From Anaerohalosphaeraceae bacterium (lineage in GTDB: Bacteria; Planctomycetota; Phycisphaerae; Sedimentisphaerales; Anaerohalosphaeraceae), in assembly GCA_050309605.1 (NCBI GenBank), contig JBNRMN010000023.1:1-47840 (forward strand): a stretch of DNA of 47,840 bases. Reading direction: 5' to 3'. The position numbers and the translations under genes were made by a program. Shown here one piece after another: positions 18,580-28,441 of the stretch (its first letter is position 1; each line of letters opens with the position of its first letter). Below the pieces are notes generated by a model, which was given only the letters and a program-made list of their open reading frames with translations, searched no databases and had not been told where the DNA came from.

Positions 18580-19887
18580 TCACGTTTTGACGCGACTTTT
18601 CAGCTCTTTATTGATGCGAACGCTGCACCATTCCCGCCCGCACATCGTGCAGTAATCCTCTCCTCGCGTGCCGGCGGGCATTCGGCTCTGCCGGCAGGCC
18701 TCTTCGAACATGCTCCGTGCGGTCAACGGGTCGATGGCCAAATCCAGATGGGTTTGCCAGTCGAGCGACGCCCGTGCGGTGCTCAACTCGCGGTCGCGTT
18801 GAGCCGCATTGCCAAATCCGCGCGCCACATCGGCGGCATGAGCCGCGATTTTGGAGGCGATGACGCCCGTGCGAACGTCGTCGGTATTGGGCAGGCCCAG
18901 GTGCTCACGCGGCGTCACATAACACAAAAACGAGGCACCGTAAAAGGCCGCCGCCGTGCCACCGATCGCGCTGGTAATGTGGTCATATCCCGGTGCAATA
19001 TCGGTAACGAGCGGGCCGAGGACATAAAACGGTGCGCCGTTACAGATTTCCTGCTGAATCTCCATATTGTACTGAATCTGATTGAACGGCACATGGCCGG
19101 GGCCTTCGACCATGACCTGACAGCCGTTTTCCTGTGCCCGCTGAGTCAATTCGCCCAGGGTTCGCAACTCGGCGATCTGGGCGGCGTCGGTGGCGTCGGC
19201 GATGCAGCCCGGCCGCAATCCGTCGCCCAGCGAAAAGCACACGTCGTATTCACGCATGATCGCGCACAACTCGTCAAACAGCTCATACATCGGATTTTGT
19301 CGGTTGCGACAGGTCATCCATTTGGCCAGCAGCGCCCCGCCGCGGCTGACAATGCCGCAGACGCGATCCTTGAGCAGATCTAAATGTTCCCTGAGCAAGC
19401 CGGCGTGAATCGTAAAGAAATCCACCCCCTGTCGGGCTTGTTTTTCAATCACCTGAAGTATGGTTTTGTGATCGATCTGTTCGACGTCGCGTCCGACAAT
19501 GACCTCATAAATCGGCACCGTGCCGAACGGAACCGGACAAATCGCCAGCAGCTTTTGACGAATATCATCCAGGTCGCCACCGGTGCTCAAATCCATCATC
19601 GCATCGGCGCCGGCTTCCAGCGCGACTTTCATTTTTTCGATCTCGCCGTCAAGCGACGACCGGACGCTGCTGCAGCCGATGTTGGCGTTGACCTTGCAGG
19701 AGACCGCCCTGCCGATGGCGCGCGGCTCCAGGTTGCCGGCCAGATGAATCGTATTGGCAGGAATGACCACTCGACCGGCGGCCAGTTCCGCTTGCAGTGT
19801 CTCGGCGTCAAGCCCTTCCCGTTCGGCTGCGCGGCGCATCGGATCGGTGATCTGTCCCTGCCGCGCCAATTCCAATTGTGTCGCCAT
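18580..19887 (-). CDS. thiC: Phosphomethylpyrimidine synthase ThiC
   Basis: KVNANIG, MDLSTGG, GIVSRGG, SLGDGLRPG, EGPGH, CYVTPREHL, C-terminal CTMCGREWC. Confidence 0.98.
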   Translation of the reverse strand: MATQLELARQGQITDPMRRAAEREGLDAETLQAELAAGRVVIPANTIHLAGNLEPRAIGRAVSCKVNANIGCSSVRSSLDGEIEKMKVALEAGADAMMDLSTGGDLDDIRQKLLAICPVPFGTVPIYEVIVGRDVEQIDHKTILQVIEKQARQGVDFFTIHAGLLREHLDLLKDRVCGIVSRGGALLAKWMTCRNRQNPMYELFDELCAIMREYDVCFSLGDGLRPGCIADATDAAQIAELRTLGELTQRAQENGCQVMVEGPGHVPFNQIQYNMEIQQEICNGAPFYVLGPLVTDIAPGYDHITSAIGGTAAAFYGASFLCYVTPREHLGLPNTDDVRTGVIASKIAAHAADVARGFGNAAQRDRELSTARASLDWQTHLDLAIDPLTARSMFEEACRQSRMPAGTRGEDYCTMCGREWCSVRINKELKSRVKT

Positions 19888-19902
19888 CGTTCAAGACTCC
19901 TT

Positions 19903-19940
19903 AAAAACAAAAAATCGCTTCTCTGTTCGGAAGCGATTTT
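19903..19940 (-). terminator. Riboswitch expression-platform terminator
   Basis: AAAATCGCTTC-loop-GAAGCGATTTT followed by TTGTTTTT; the 5' arm TCGCTTC is complementary to the aptamer 3' strand GAAGCGA. Confidence 0.85.
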
Positions 19941-19964
19941 CGAAATTTGTATCGATTCAGTTCA

Positions 19965-20089
19965 CTCGCTTCCCTACGCAGGTTGATCTGGCGCAGCATA
20001 TAGTGCAGCGCACAGACGGCCTGATCAGGTTCGAAGGGTGTTTCTCAGATTCGTCCCCTTCTGAAAAGGGACAAACCACCCCCAGCGAA
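19965..20089 (-). ncRNA. TPP (thi-box) riboswitch with an extended P5
   Basis: GGGGTG...CTGAGAAACACCCTTCGAACCTGATCAGG-[37 nt]-CCTGCGTAGGGAAG; P1 TTCGCT/AGCGAG; upstream of thiC. Confidence 0.95.
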
Positions 20090-20096
20090 CATGTAC

Positions 20097-20124
20097 ATTA
20101 TATCTCCTCCGGCGACGAAGTCAA
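20097..20124 (-). promoter_or_regulatory. Putative sigma70 promoter for the riboswitch-thiC transcript
   Basis: TTGACT-N16-TATAAT just upstream of P1. Confidence 0.7.
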
Positions 20125-20181
20125 CGGATTAATTTTCGCCGCCCTGCCAGAGACATAGCCTGTCCACAACATCGACAAGTA

Positions 20182-20709
20182 TTAAAGCGACAAGTCGCCG
20201 ACATCGCCGCCTTTGTCTTTAATGGCCGTGACATACATATCAAACCGCTCTTTCAGAGCGCTGAGGGATTGGGTTAACCCCTGAATATCAGTCGTGATCT
20301 GCTGTGCTTCCTGTCCGAGTTTTTGGGTCAGCGGAACAGCGTTGAGTTTTTCGGTGAGCGATTTAATCTCATCCTGTTTGGCAAGAATCGCATCCTTATA
20401 CGTGCCGGCCACCTCTCTGAGCGAAGCGATATCCATCTGTTGGGCCTCGGTCTTCAGGGCGGATACACTTTTGTCCAGATCAACTGTCGTCGTAAAGGTT
20501 TGTTTAACCTTATCGACGGCTTCAGTAACGGCCTCTTTAGCTGCCTCAGTGGTCTGTCTTGCGGATTGCCCCATCTGCTCGGTCAGATTGCGGGCCTGCT
20601 GTTGGGAATCTGCCGGGGAAGGCGGCGGGGCCGGTTCTTCTTTTTTGCCGCAACTTGCCGTAAAAACAACACTTAACATAATAATAGACAAATTGAATGC
20701 GTGTCTCAT
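20182..20709 (-). CDS. Hypothetical lipoprotein with a coiled-coil
   Basis: Lipobox-like FTASC followed by GKKEEPAPPP; helical heptads. Confidence 0.8.
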   Translation of the reverse strand: MRHAFNLSIIMLSVVFTASCGKKEEPAPPPSPADSQQQARNLTEQMGQSARQTTEAAKEAVTEAVDKVKQTFTTTVDLDKSVSALKTEAQQMDIASLREVAGTYKDAILAKQDEIKSLTEKLNAVPLTQKLGQEAQQITTDIQGLTQSLSALKERFDMYVTAIKDKGGDVGDLSL

Positions 20710-20809
20710 TTGATTTCTCCCAAAAAAGTGGGTTGTCTGTTGGCTTCACATTCTTTTATTGTATCTGTTCGGGCAGACTGAATACAAGAGAATTCCTTGA
20801 GAAAAAAAC

Positions 20810-20844
20810 TTGAAAACAAAATCAGCAAGTCTATAATTATAGAC
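20810..20844 (+). promoter_or_regulatory. Promoter with a perfect 16-bp palindrome over the -10 element
   Basis: TTGAAA-N16-TATAAT; GTCTATAATTATAGAC at 20829-20844. Confidence 0.6.
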
Positions 20845-20921
20845 GGTTTAACGAGCGTTCAGGGACGGTTACCAGCCGGCTCGTAAAAAACATACATTGA
20901 TTTTGAAAACGTTGGGAACTA

Positions 20922-23900
20922 ATGGACACAGTATTGGTGTTCCATTTTGATGCGTCTTGCCGAGTTCATTTCATCAGCTCTGAGCACGCTGCTGAACCGC
21001 TTGCCGAAGACGAACGACTGATTCTTGAAACCGCCCTTCTGGATACGGCATCCTGCCTGAAAAAAGAGTCGCCGTCATTTTACAGGCAGTTGACCAGCCA
21101 CCACATCCAACTTCGCCTCTACCCGTTTGACCAGGGTACCGCACGGCTGATGCCGCACGAAATCGTAATGAACATCGCCCTGCTGCGACCGGAAAAACGC
21201 CGTCTGTCGCAGCGTCATCGTTTACTGGTCGGCGTACTGGAACGGGTCTTTTATCATCTATGTCATCCTGAATTGCACATCACCGAGGTGCGGCTGCACA
21301 GCCTGCGGTTTTTGCAATCGCACAAAGACATCCTGGCCGGTACACTGTCGGAAATGAAGGCCGCTGCTCCCGCCTTTGATGAACCGGATTGGTACGAAAC
21401 ACTCCGGCAGGCCGACAACCTGATTTTATTGGATGAGTTCTGGCACTGGCTGGCCAAAACGGACGCCGTGGTCGCGCTGTTTTTGGCGGCCAAGGGGGCC
21501 AAAGGCCGGCTGCGTCCCAAGATCAAGGCCGTGCTGGCAGAAGAAGTCGGCAAGCTCAGCCCGTCATTTCCGGTCAAAAGCGGCCAGGCTGAACGCGTGC
21601 TGATGGGGTTTAAGTCGCTCTATCGAGAACAAAACAGTCTGGTCATCGTGTATCAATTGCCCGGCAATCTGCTCAAGGCCGTGCGCATCTGTACGCCAGA
21701 TACCGTTGACGCGATGTCGGCTCATTCGGCCTGCCGATCCATACGCTTTCGGAACCTTCGCACTGATATTTTTCACGATCACGGCCAATGGCTTCGCAAA
21801 TGGATCGACCGATTGAACTTTTACACCAAAGAGCCGGGCTTTGCCGCTTTGGAAGCGATGCTGCTCTCGGACGATTTGCATGAGGTCAACCTCGCCATCA
21901 CGCAGCTTCAGCAAAAGATTCGGCGCAAAGAGCACGTCAAAGAAGCGCGTCGCCTGTTGTATTCGGCACTGTATTACTGGAACAACCCCGACAAAGGTAT
22001 CTGTCGGTCGATTATTCTTGAGGTCAGCGCTTTGCTTGAGGACCTGCTGACCGACCGTCCGGCGACGTTTCCTCCCAGCCGTGTCAACCGCATTGTCCTG
22101 CGTTCGGAACCCCGCACCATTGCAGTCGATATTCCCAAACCCCGCACCGTCCGAACCGACCGCATCAAAGCGCGCATTCTCTGGTCGCTGAACGGCTATC
22201 GCAAAAAACCCGTCCTGATGGAACAAGCCCATTCCAGGCCGGTCGGCGGCGTGGTTCGTTTCACTGCGACATTGCCGATACGCAACGGCTGGTGTCATTA
22301 TGCCGTTCAGTTTTCGCTCAATGGCGGCAAAACCTGGCAATGGGAAGAATTTCACGAAAATTCCTGCGGCCTGATTAAATCCATGGCCGATGAGCGGGGC
22401 CAGCGGGTGCTGAGCTTTTACGCCGACACGCTGAACCTGAAACTGAACCCCGACTACAGTCCGGTTCGTGATGAACGCGGATTGTTTGCCTATGGTACAT
22501 TCGATGACATTGCCGAGCAGCTTGAGGAGTTTCGCAAGGAAGGCTATACGCGCATTTATCCGCTCGGCGCTCTCGAATTGGGCTGGGCCGGCGAGGCCGG
22601 ACCGGACCCGTCGGTGTTTTCGGTGCTGGACGGCAAGACGGTGCGGCGCGATCTGGGGGGACTGGAGGCCCTGCTGCGGCTGCGGGAAAAAGCCGATTCG
22701 CTGGGGATGAAAGTTCTGCTGTGTATGCTGTCGCACTTTTCGCGCGCCAACGCGGCGTATGACTATCATTTCCCCGCCTACATCCTGGACAGCAAAGGGG
22801 TATTGACGCGGCGGGCCGGCTGGGACGGTGAGTGGAGCGAGTGGCTGGACAGCTTTATGGTCAATATGCGTGACTTTGACAATATTGACACGCTTGCTGA
22901 AATCGGCATTGAACTGACGAAACTGGGCTTTGGCCTGCGGGTGGATGTCGGGCACGGTTTTGACACGGTTTTTCCGATTGATCCGAAACAAAACGGCTCG
23001 GCTCGTTTGTTCGGCGAGGTCACCGTCGGCGGCTTTGAACCGATCGACCTGCGCAAGACCGACGAGCCGAATATTCCGCTGTTGTATCTCTGCTACAAAA
23101 TCCAGAAAGCCGTTCCCAACGCCCTGTTAGTCTATTCGGAACAATGGCACGGCAACGAAGTGCGGATGCTCAAGGCCGGAACGATTCCCTATAATTCGCT
23201 GATTAAAAATATGGAGTCCATTCGCAGCGGTCAAACGCCGAACGCACCGCTGGGCCTGAACGACAATATGAAGTACCTGGCCGGAATTTATCAGGATTGC
23301 GGGGGGCAGACACTTTCTCTGTTCAACAGCCACGACGAGGAATCGCCGGCCAGCAATTATCAAAATATGATCTGGCCGGTGGCGGCGTATTTGGCACTGA
23401 GCAGCTACGGGCCGATGATGTATCATATCAGCCGCCTGCCGGGACCGGAAGCGGGGGCGATGGCCGAGCGTTTTGACATCGCCTATACCGAATGCTGGAA
23501 ACACTGGGTCAACAACCGATTTCGGCATCCCTGGCACGAGGAGGCACGCACCCGCCGGCAGATTCTGGACAATTATCCGATTTTGCAGGGATTCGGTAAA
23601 TACCTTCGGGGGCTGTATCAGTTCGTTGATGACAATCCCGCTTTTGTGCGCGGCATGCCTGTACCGGTCAACACCGGCAACGGACGTATCGCGGCCTTTT
23701 TGCGCACGTATAAACGGCAGATTTTTTTGGGCGTCTTTAACTTTCCAAATTCTTACCACGAGGGCCAACAGGCCGTCGCGCGGCATTTCGACTTTTTGCT
23801 GGGCGATTCGATCTTCAAACCGGACGGCATTTATGAAATCGTCGAGCGATACAACAACACCGAAGGCCGGACGCGGCGCGGCCGGCGCGAATACTGGTCG

Positions 23901-26354
23901 GGACGCGAATTGATGCGGCTGGGGTTCGGCGGAATGCTCGAACCGGTCTCGTCACATGTCTATGAGTTTCTCGACAAAACCCGCGAAAAGACCGCCCCCC
24001 GACAGCTTTTGCTGGATTCCTTTATACGGTATCAACGGTACGGCAGGCAAGACCGGAACCAGCATTCCTATGCGGCACGGTCGTTTTCCGATGCGATTGC
24101 GTCAGAGGACGAAGACGGTTTCGAACGTTTCAGCGAATTGTTTGTGGCTCTGGCCACATGGATTTATAAAAAAAATCAGATCGGCCATACCGGTCTGGCG
24201 GGGCTGCTCGGCGAACTCTCTGAAAACGATTCGCGAAAGCGACAAACGGTCATCAACTATCTGATGCGCATCGCCGTGAACACACAGGATCGTTATGCGT
24301 CGTTTATCTGTCGTTCGGCGGCCGATATTCTCCATGGGATGAATCTGGGGACGATTGCGTTGGTCTCGCCGGAATCGCAATACAGCGGCAACGCCGGCGG
24401 CGTGGGCATCTATACGACCGACATCGCCGATGTGCTCAGCGAATTGGGATTTCATGTGGTGGTCGTCACACCGCTGTATGAGTCCAGCCGTGAGCGTATC
24501 ATTAAAACATACGCTCCGCGGTATGACGGACACAGTTTTTCGATCCAGTTTCCGGAATTTGACGATATGACACAGGGCATACGTCGAAACACCATACCGG
24601 ACGTAGTCAATATCCTGCGAAGCAACCTGCTGCGCGTCAAACACGGCAAACGCTGCCGCGTTGAGGTGCTGTATCTCGAAAACGCAAAATATCTCGATTT
24701 TCCCTACGGGGGGATGACCTGTGAAGACAAGCTTCGCCGGGCACGGGTGCTGTCGCAGGGGGCGCTGGAGGCGCTGCGGGCCTACAATTACTATCCGTCC
24801 ATCATCCAGACCAACGAGTGGCCGACGTGGCTGCTGCCGGCCTATTTGAAGCGCTGGCCGGAGTATCATGAAGACCCGCATTTTGCCCGGACGCGCGTCG
24901 GCAGTATGATGCATAACCCCCATCCGTCCTACAGTATCGTGATGGACGAGGCCAACCCGTTCAAACGATATTTTTATTGCCTGGTTATCGGACTGGACGC
25001 GGTCGGTCATGCGGATGTTTGTCTGGACAGCGACGGCGGCAATCCGCGGATTGATATGGCATCCATTATGCTCAAGACATCCGATTATATCGGTACGGTC
25101 AGCCGGGCCATGAAACGCCGTATGCTGACCGAACCGGCCGTCTTTCAGCACGCCCACCTTTTCGCCCAGCTTGAGGCCCAGGGCCGCTTTTTCGGAAGAC
25201 GAAACGGCTTTAACATGGCCGCCCGTCAGCGTTTCTGGTTTCGGTCCAAAAAGAGCATCCTCGAAGTGTATGACAAAGCCGCCCGAAAACGGCTGTTCGC
25301 CAAATACAGCCGTGCCAAGAAACTGGCTAAACCGGCCCTGCAAAACGACCCGAATATTCGACTCAAACCCGACGATGCGGAGAACACTTATGTTATTTTT
25401 TCGATGCTGCATCGCATCTGCAAACAAAAAGGCTTCGAGCTGCTTGTCGATTGGAAGGTGTATGAAAGCCTCGGCCGACGGTGGGTCACCTACGAGCCGT
25501 GGAAAATGATGGGACAGACCGTCCTTGAGTATTTTCTGTCGTGTGATCCGCGGATTCAATATGTGATTTGCGGACGCATTGAAGACAGTTTTGACGGACG
25601 CCGGTTTGATATGCATTTTCGGCGTATCGCCGCCCAGCCGGAATTTCAGGGGCGATTTGCCTACTATCCGGAAGGGTCTTTGTCGCCGTCGCTGTATCGC
25701 AACCTGTACGTCGGCAGTCAGTATTTTGTGATGCCTTCCGGCGGCGAGGTCGGCGAGCCGTGCGGCATCAGTCAGCAGGAAGCCCACGCCGGGGGCACCC
25801 CCGTCATCGCCCACCATCAGGACGGGCTGACTCGCACGGTCTCCGACAGAGATTTCGGCGATAAAGAAATGCCGCCCAACGGCATCAAGTTCAGCGGCTT
25901 TAACGGCGAGGCGCTGCTGGATGCACTGCTGGACGCAGTCGAGATTTTCTATCATGGGCGTCGCCTTCGTTATGTCGATAAAAACGGTCGCCCGCGTCGG
26001 TTGCGTTACAGTGAGTTGTCCTACAATGCCTTCACGACCGATCACCGCTGGATTCGACTATTGCGGGATTATATCCAGATGTACCGCCTGATCGCCGGTG
26101 TGGAGCTGCCCGATCATATCGACGCAATCCGACTGGCGGTCGATCTGAGCAACGCCCCCGACCACGAACTGGCCGATCTTATTTTGCAGAATGGTCTGAC
26201 CGTGCCGGAAGCCACAGAGTGCCTTGTCAATGCCCTGGCGTGTCAAGAGCCGTCCGTTCACAAGAAAATATCTTGTATTCTTGAGAGAGTTTATATAATA
26301 ACAGGCGGTTCGTCTGCCGGGACGCCGGGGCAAGCAAAAAAACAAGACATATAA
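20922..26354 (+). CDS. Large GH13 alpha-amylase-family domain + GT5 glycogen/starch synthase-like domain fusion protein
   Basis: GH13 regions GLRVDVGH (D675), YSEQW (E740), FNSHDE (D805); GT5 motifs NAGGVG, TNEWPT, HNP, TVS, RICKQKG, MPS...EPCGISQ. Confidence 0.88.
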   Translation: MDTVLVFHFDASCRVHFISSEHAAEPLAEDERLILETALLDTASCLKKESPSFYRQLTSHHIQLRLYPFDQGTARLMPHEIVMNIALLRPEKRRLSQRHRLLVGVLERVFYHLCHPELHITEVRLHSLRFLQSHKDILAGTLSEMKAAAPAFDEPDWYETLRQADNLILLDEFWHWLAKTDAVVALFLAAKGAKGRLRPKIKAVLAEEVGKLSPSFPVKSGQAERVLMGFKSLYREQNSLVIVYQLPGNLLKAVRICTPDTVDAMSAHSACRSIRFRNLRTDIFHDHGQWLRKWIDRLNFYTKEPGFAALEAMLLSDDLHEVNLAITQLQQKIRRKEHVKEARRLLYSALYYWNNPDKGICRSIILEVSALLEDLLTDRPATFPPSRVNRIVLRSEPRTIAVDIPKPRTVRTDRIKARILWSLNGYRKKPVLMEQAHSRPVGGVVRFTATLPIRNGWCHYAVQFSLNGGKTWQWEEFHENSCGLIKSMADERGQRVLSFYADTLNLKLNPDYSPVRDERGLFAYGTFDDIAEQLEEFRKEGYTRIYPLGALELGWAGEAGPDPSVFSVLDGKTVRRDLGGLEALLRLREKADSLGMKVLLCMLSHFSRANAAYDYHFPAYILDSKGVLTRRAGWDGEWSEWLDSFMVNMRDFDNIDTLAEIGIELTKLGFGLRVDVGHGFDTVFPIDPKQNGSARLFGEVTVGGFEPIDLRKTDEPNIPLLYLCYKIQKAVPNALLVYSEQWHGNEVRMLKAGTIPYNSLIKNMESIRSGQTPNAPLGLNDNMKYLAGIYQDCGGQTLSLFNSHDEESPASNYQNMIWPVAAYLALSSYGPMMYHISRLPGPEAGAMAERFDIAYTECWKHWVNNRFRHPWHEEARTRRQILDNYPILQGFGKYLRGLYQFVDDNPAFVRGMPVPVNTGNGRIAAFLRTYKRQIFLGVFNFPNSYHEGQQAVARHFDFLLGDSIFKPDGIYEIVERYNNTEGRTRRGRREYWSGRELMRLGFGGMLEPVSSHVYEFLDKTREKTAPRQLLLDSFIRYQRYGRQDRNQHSYAARSFSDAIASEDEDGFERFSELFVALATWIYKKNQIGHTGLAGLLGELSENDSRKRQTVINYLMRIAVNTQDRYASFICRSAADILHGMNLGTIALVSPESQYSGNAGGVGIYTTDIADVLSELGFHVVVVTPLYESSRERIIKTYAPRYDGHSFSIQFPEFDDMTQGIRRNTIPDVVNILRSNLLRVKHGKRCRVEVLYLENAKYLDFPYGGMTCEDKLRRARVLSQGALEALRAYNYYPSIIQTNEWPTWLLPAYLKRWPEYHEDPHFARTRVGSMMHNPHPSYSIVMDEANPFKRYFYCLVIGLDAVGHADVCLDSDGGNPRIDMASIMLKTSDYIGTVSRAMKRRMLTEPAVFQHAHLFAQLEAQGRFFGRRNGFNMAARQRFWFRSKKSILEVYDKAARKRLFAKYSRAKKLAKPALQNDPNIRLKPDDAENTYVIFSMLHRICKQKGFELLVDWKVYESLGRRWVTYEPWKMMGQTVLEYFLSCDPRIQYVICGRIEDSFDGRRFDMHFRRIAAQPEFQGRFAYYPEGSLSPSLYRNLYVGSQYFVMPSGGEVGEPCGISQQEAHAGGTPVIAHHQDGLTRTVSDRDFGDKEMPPNGIKFSGFNGEALLDALLDAVEIFYHGRRLRYVDKNGRPRRLRYSELSYNAFTTDHRWIRLLRDYIQMYRLIAGVELPDHIDAIRLAVDLSNAPDHELADLILQNGLTVPEATECLVNALACQEPSVHKKISCILERVYIITGGSSAGTPGQAKKQDI

Positions 26355-26796
26355 AGACCGGATAAACACATTCTATTTGTATTGTTCAAGGAATTTCAGG
26401 GAACATAACCGCCCTGACAACACTAATAACACAAGAGCAACAAGGATGGCCTCGGAGCGCATTTCATTGATGCGATGTCAATTTCAAAGGCATAAACAGG
26501 ACTTTCAAGGGCGTGTTTTCAGCAACAGCGTATCGAAAATGTCAACCGCGGGTAAAACGGCGTGAAAGTTTTTGACGCCCGCCGGTTGATTCTCATTAAA
26601 TCCACTTAAGCACCGATGTTCGAAGTTCGATATAAAGTTGCGTATTTTTATTTTGACTGTTGCAAAAAAACGTTTATAAATCTATGATAAACAGTGTTTT
26701 ATTCTTAATTTCGGCGAAACGGGTATGGATTGGTATGTTGAAGCAGGACAGACAATGCATACGGAAGCGAGGTCATCATTTACGGGTACAGGGATT

Positions 26797-28413
26797 ATGA
26801 AAAAGACAATCGTTTTTACCGGACTGGCACTTTTCGGACTTTGGTTTTTGACAGGCTGCTACAACGATCCGCTGGACCCGACGCAAATCGGTCGGTTTGA
26901 GCCAACGCCTGCCATCAACGTCATTCTTGACACATTGGGTGTGGCCGATGAGCCGACGCCGACGTATGAGGGCGCCGAGCCGCCTCGGCCGGAAGATCTG
27001 GTGGAATATGAAACCGACTATGTCTTCGGTGCCGGCGATGTCGTTCGCATCAGCATTTATGAGCTGTATCAGGAAGGTCAGACGTATGTCAACGACTATG
27101 TGGTCACGGAAACGGGCCGTATCTCGATTCCCGACGTGGGACTGGTGCGCGCGGCGGGACTGACAGAGCCGGAACTGGAACAGGAAATTCGCAACATCCT
27201 CTCTCCGACCATCCTGAAAAACCCCTCCGTTACGGCCACTCTGCTGCAATCCCAATCGCGGGTGTTCTCGATTGTCGGCCAGGGTGTCGGCCAGTCGGCT
27301 CGTTTCACGATTCCGCGCTATACGTTTCGCCTGACCGATGCGATTGCGCTGGCCGGCGGCGTTGCAGAATTTAATGTCAGCTATATTTATGTCTCCCGCG
27401 ATGTCAGCACCGATGAAGTGGAATCGTATCAACCTGTTGAGCCGGCCGGCGAGGCGGCACGTCCGCAGCCGCTCAATGAGATGGATATCAAAATGACGCC
27501 GGTCGATCCGAAGGCGCCGCAGGAGCCTGTCCCTTCGCCGGAAGATGAAATGCTTGAGATCATAGCGCCGGGCATGATGCCCGCTCAGGGATTGCTTATC
27601 GGCTCATCCGAAACGTCCAAGCGACGTGAACTGGAGATGCTGGCGACTCCTGAAGATATCGGCTTTGAATCGTCTTGCGAAGATAAGACCGGCGCCGATG
27701 ATGCAGATACGCTGATGCATTGGATGCAAACGCCGGAACCAATTGAATGGGTCTTTGAAGACGGTCGATGGCGTCCCAAAACCGCTGATGAAAGCGACCC
27801 GCAGAGGACGGATATACGCCGCGATGACCTTGAACCGGACCGAACCGCCCCGCCGCCAAGCCGACCGAGGGATTTTGGATTGACGGATGTCGGTCAGGCC
27901 GGCAAGGTAACACGGGTTGTTCGGATTCCGGTCGATCGGCTTCTGGCCGGCGACCCGAAATACAATATCATCATCCGCCCCGGGGACCGAATTACCGTGC
28001 CGGTGGATTTGATCGGTGAATTCTGGGTAATGGGCAATGTCAACGCGCAGGGGGCGATTCCGATTACCGGCCGCCCGATCACGCTCAAGCAGGCGATCGC
28101 CACCGCCGGCGGACTGGGGCCGCTTGCCTGGCCGAAAAAGGTCGAAGTCGTCCGCCGGATCGGACGCAACAGCGCCGGACTGATGCAGGAAGAGACGGTT
28201 TTGGTGGATTTGCAGAAAATCGCGCGCGGCCAGCAGCCGGACTTTTTCATCAAACCCAATGACCTGATCAATGTCGGTACACACGGTACGAGCCGATGGC
28301 AGGCGGTTCTGCGCAATGCCTTCCGGGCCACCTATGGATTCGGTTTTATTTATGACCGAAACTTCGCCGATCGGCATTTTGGCACGACCGTTCCGGAAAT
28401 GTTCCATTTTTAA
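26797..28413 (+). CDS. Polysaccharide export lipoprotein (Wza/OPX family, Poly_export + SLBB domains)
   Basis: Lipobox LTGC; YVFGAGDVVRISI, GRISIPDVG..RAAGLT, LTDAIALAGG, IRPGDRITVP, LKQAIATAGG. Confidence 0.9.
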   Translation: MKKTIVFTGLALFGLWFLTGCYNDPLDPTQIGRFEPTPAINVILDTLGVADEPTPTYEGAEPPRPEDLVEYETDYVFGAGDVVRISIYELYQEGQTYVNDYVVTETGRISIPDVGLVRAAGLTEPELEQEIRNILSPTILKNPSVTATLLQSQSRVFSIVGQGVGQSARFTIPRYTFRLTDAIALAGGVAEFNVSYIYVSRDVSTDEVESYQPVEPAGEAARPQPLNEMDIKMTPVDPKAPQEPVPSPEDEMLEIIAPGMMPAQGLLIGSSETSKRRELEMLATPEDIGFESSCEDKTGADDADTLMHWMQTPEPIEWVFEDGRWRPKTADESDPQRTDIRRDDLEPDRTAPPPSRPRDFGLTDVGQAGKVTRVVRIPVDRLLAGDPKYNIIIRPGDRITVPVDLIGEFWVMGNVNAQGAIPITGRPITLKQAIATAGGLGPLAWPKKVEVVRRIGRNSAGLMQEETVLVDLQKIARGQQPDFFIKPNDLINVGTHGTSRWQAVLRNAFRATYGFGFIYDRNFADRHFGTTVPEMFHF

Positions 28414-28441
28414 GCCGTCAACCGCGATTTCGATTGCTCAT

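Noticed and set aside
20851..20884. Possible structured 5' UTR (ACGAGC/GCTCGT) before the GH13-GT5 gene
   Set aside because: Only a 6-bp stem; no known riboswitch consensus
21564..26045. 475-aa and 647-aa minus-strand ORFs within the GH13-GT5 gene
   Set aside because: Antisense shadows with no recognisable domains
26377..26565. 62-aa ORF between GH13-GT5 and wza
   Set aside because: TTG start, no RBS or motif; intergenic
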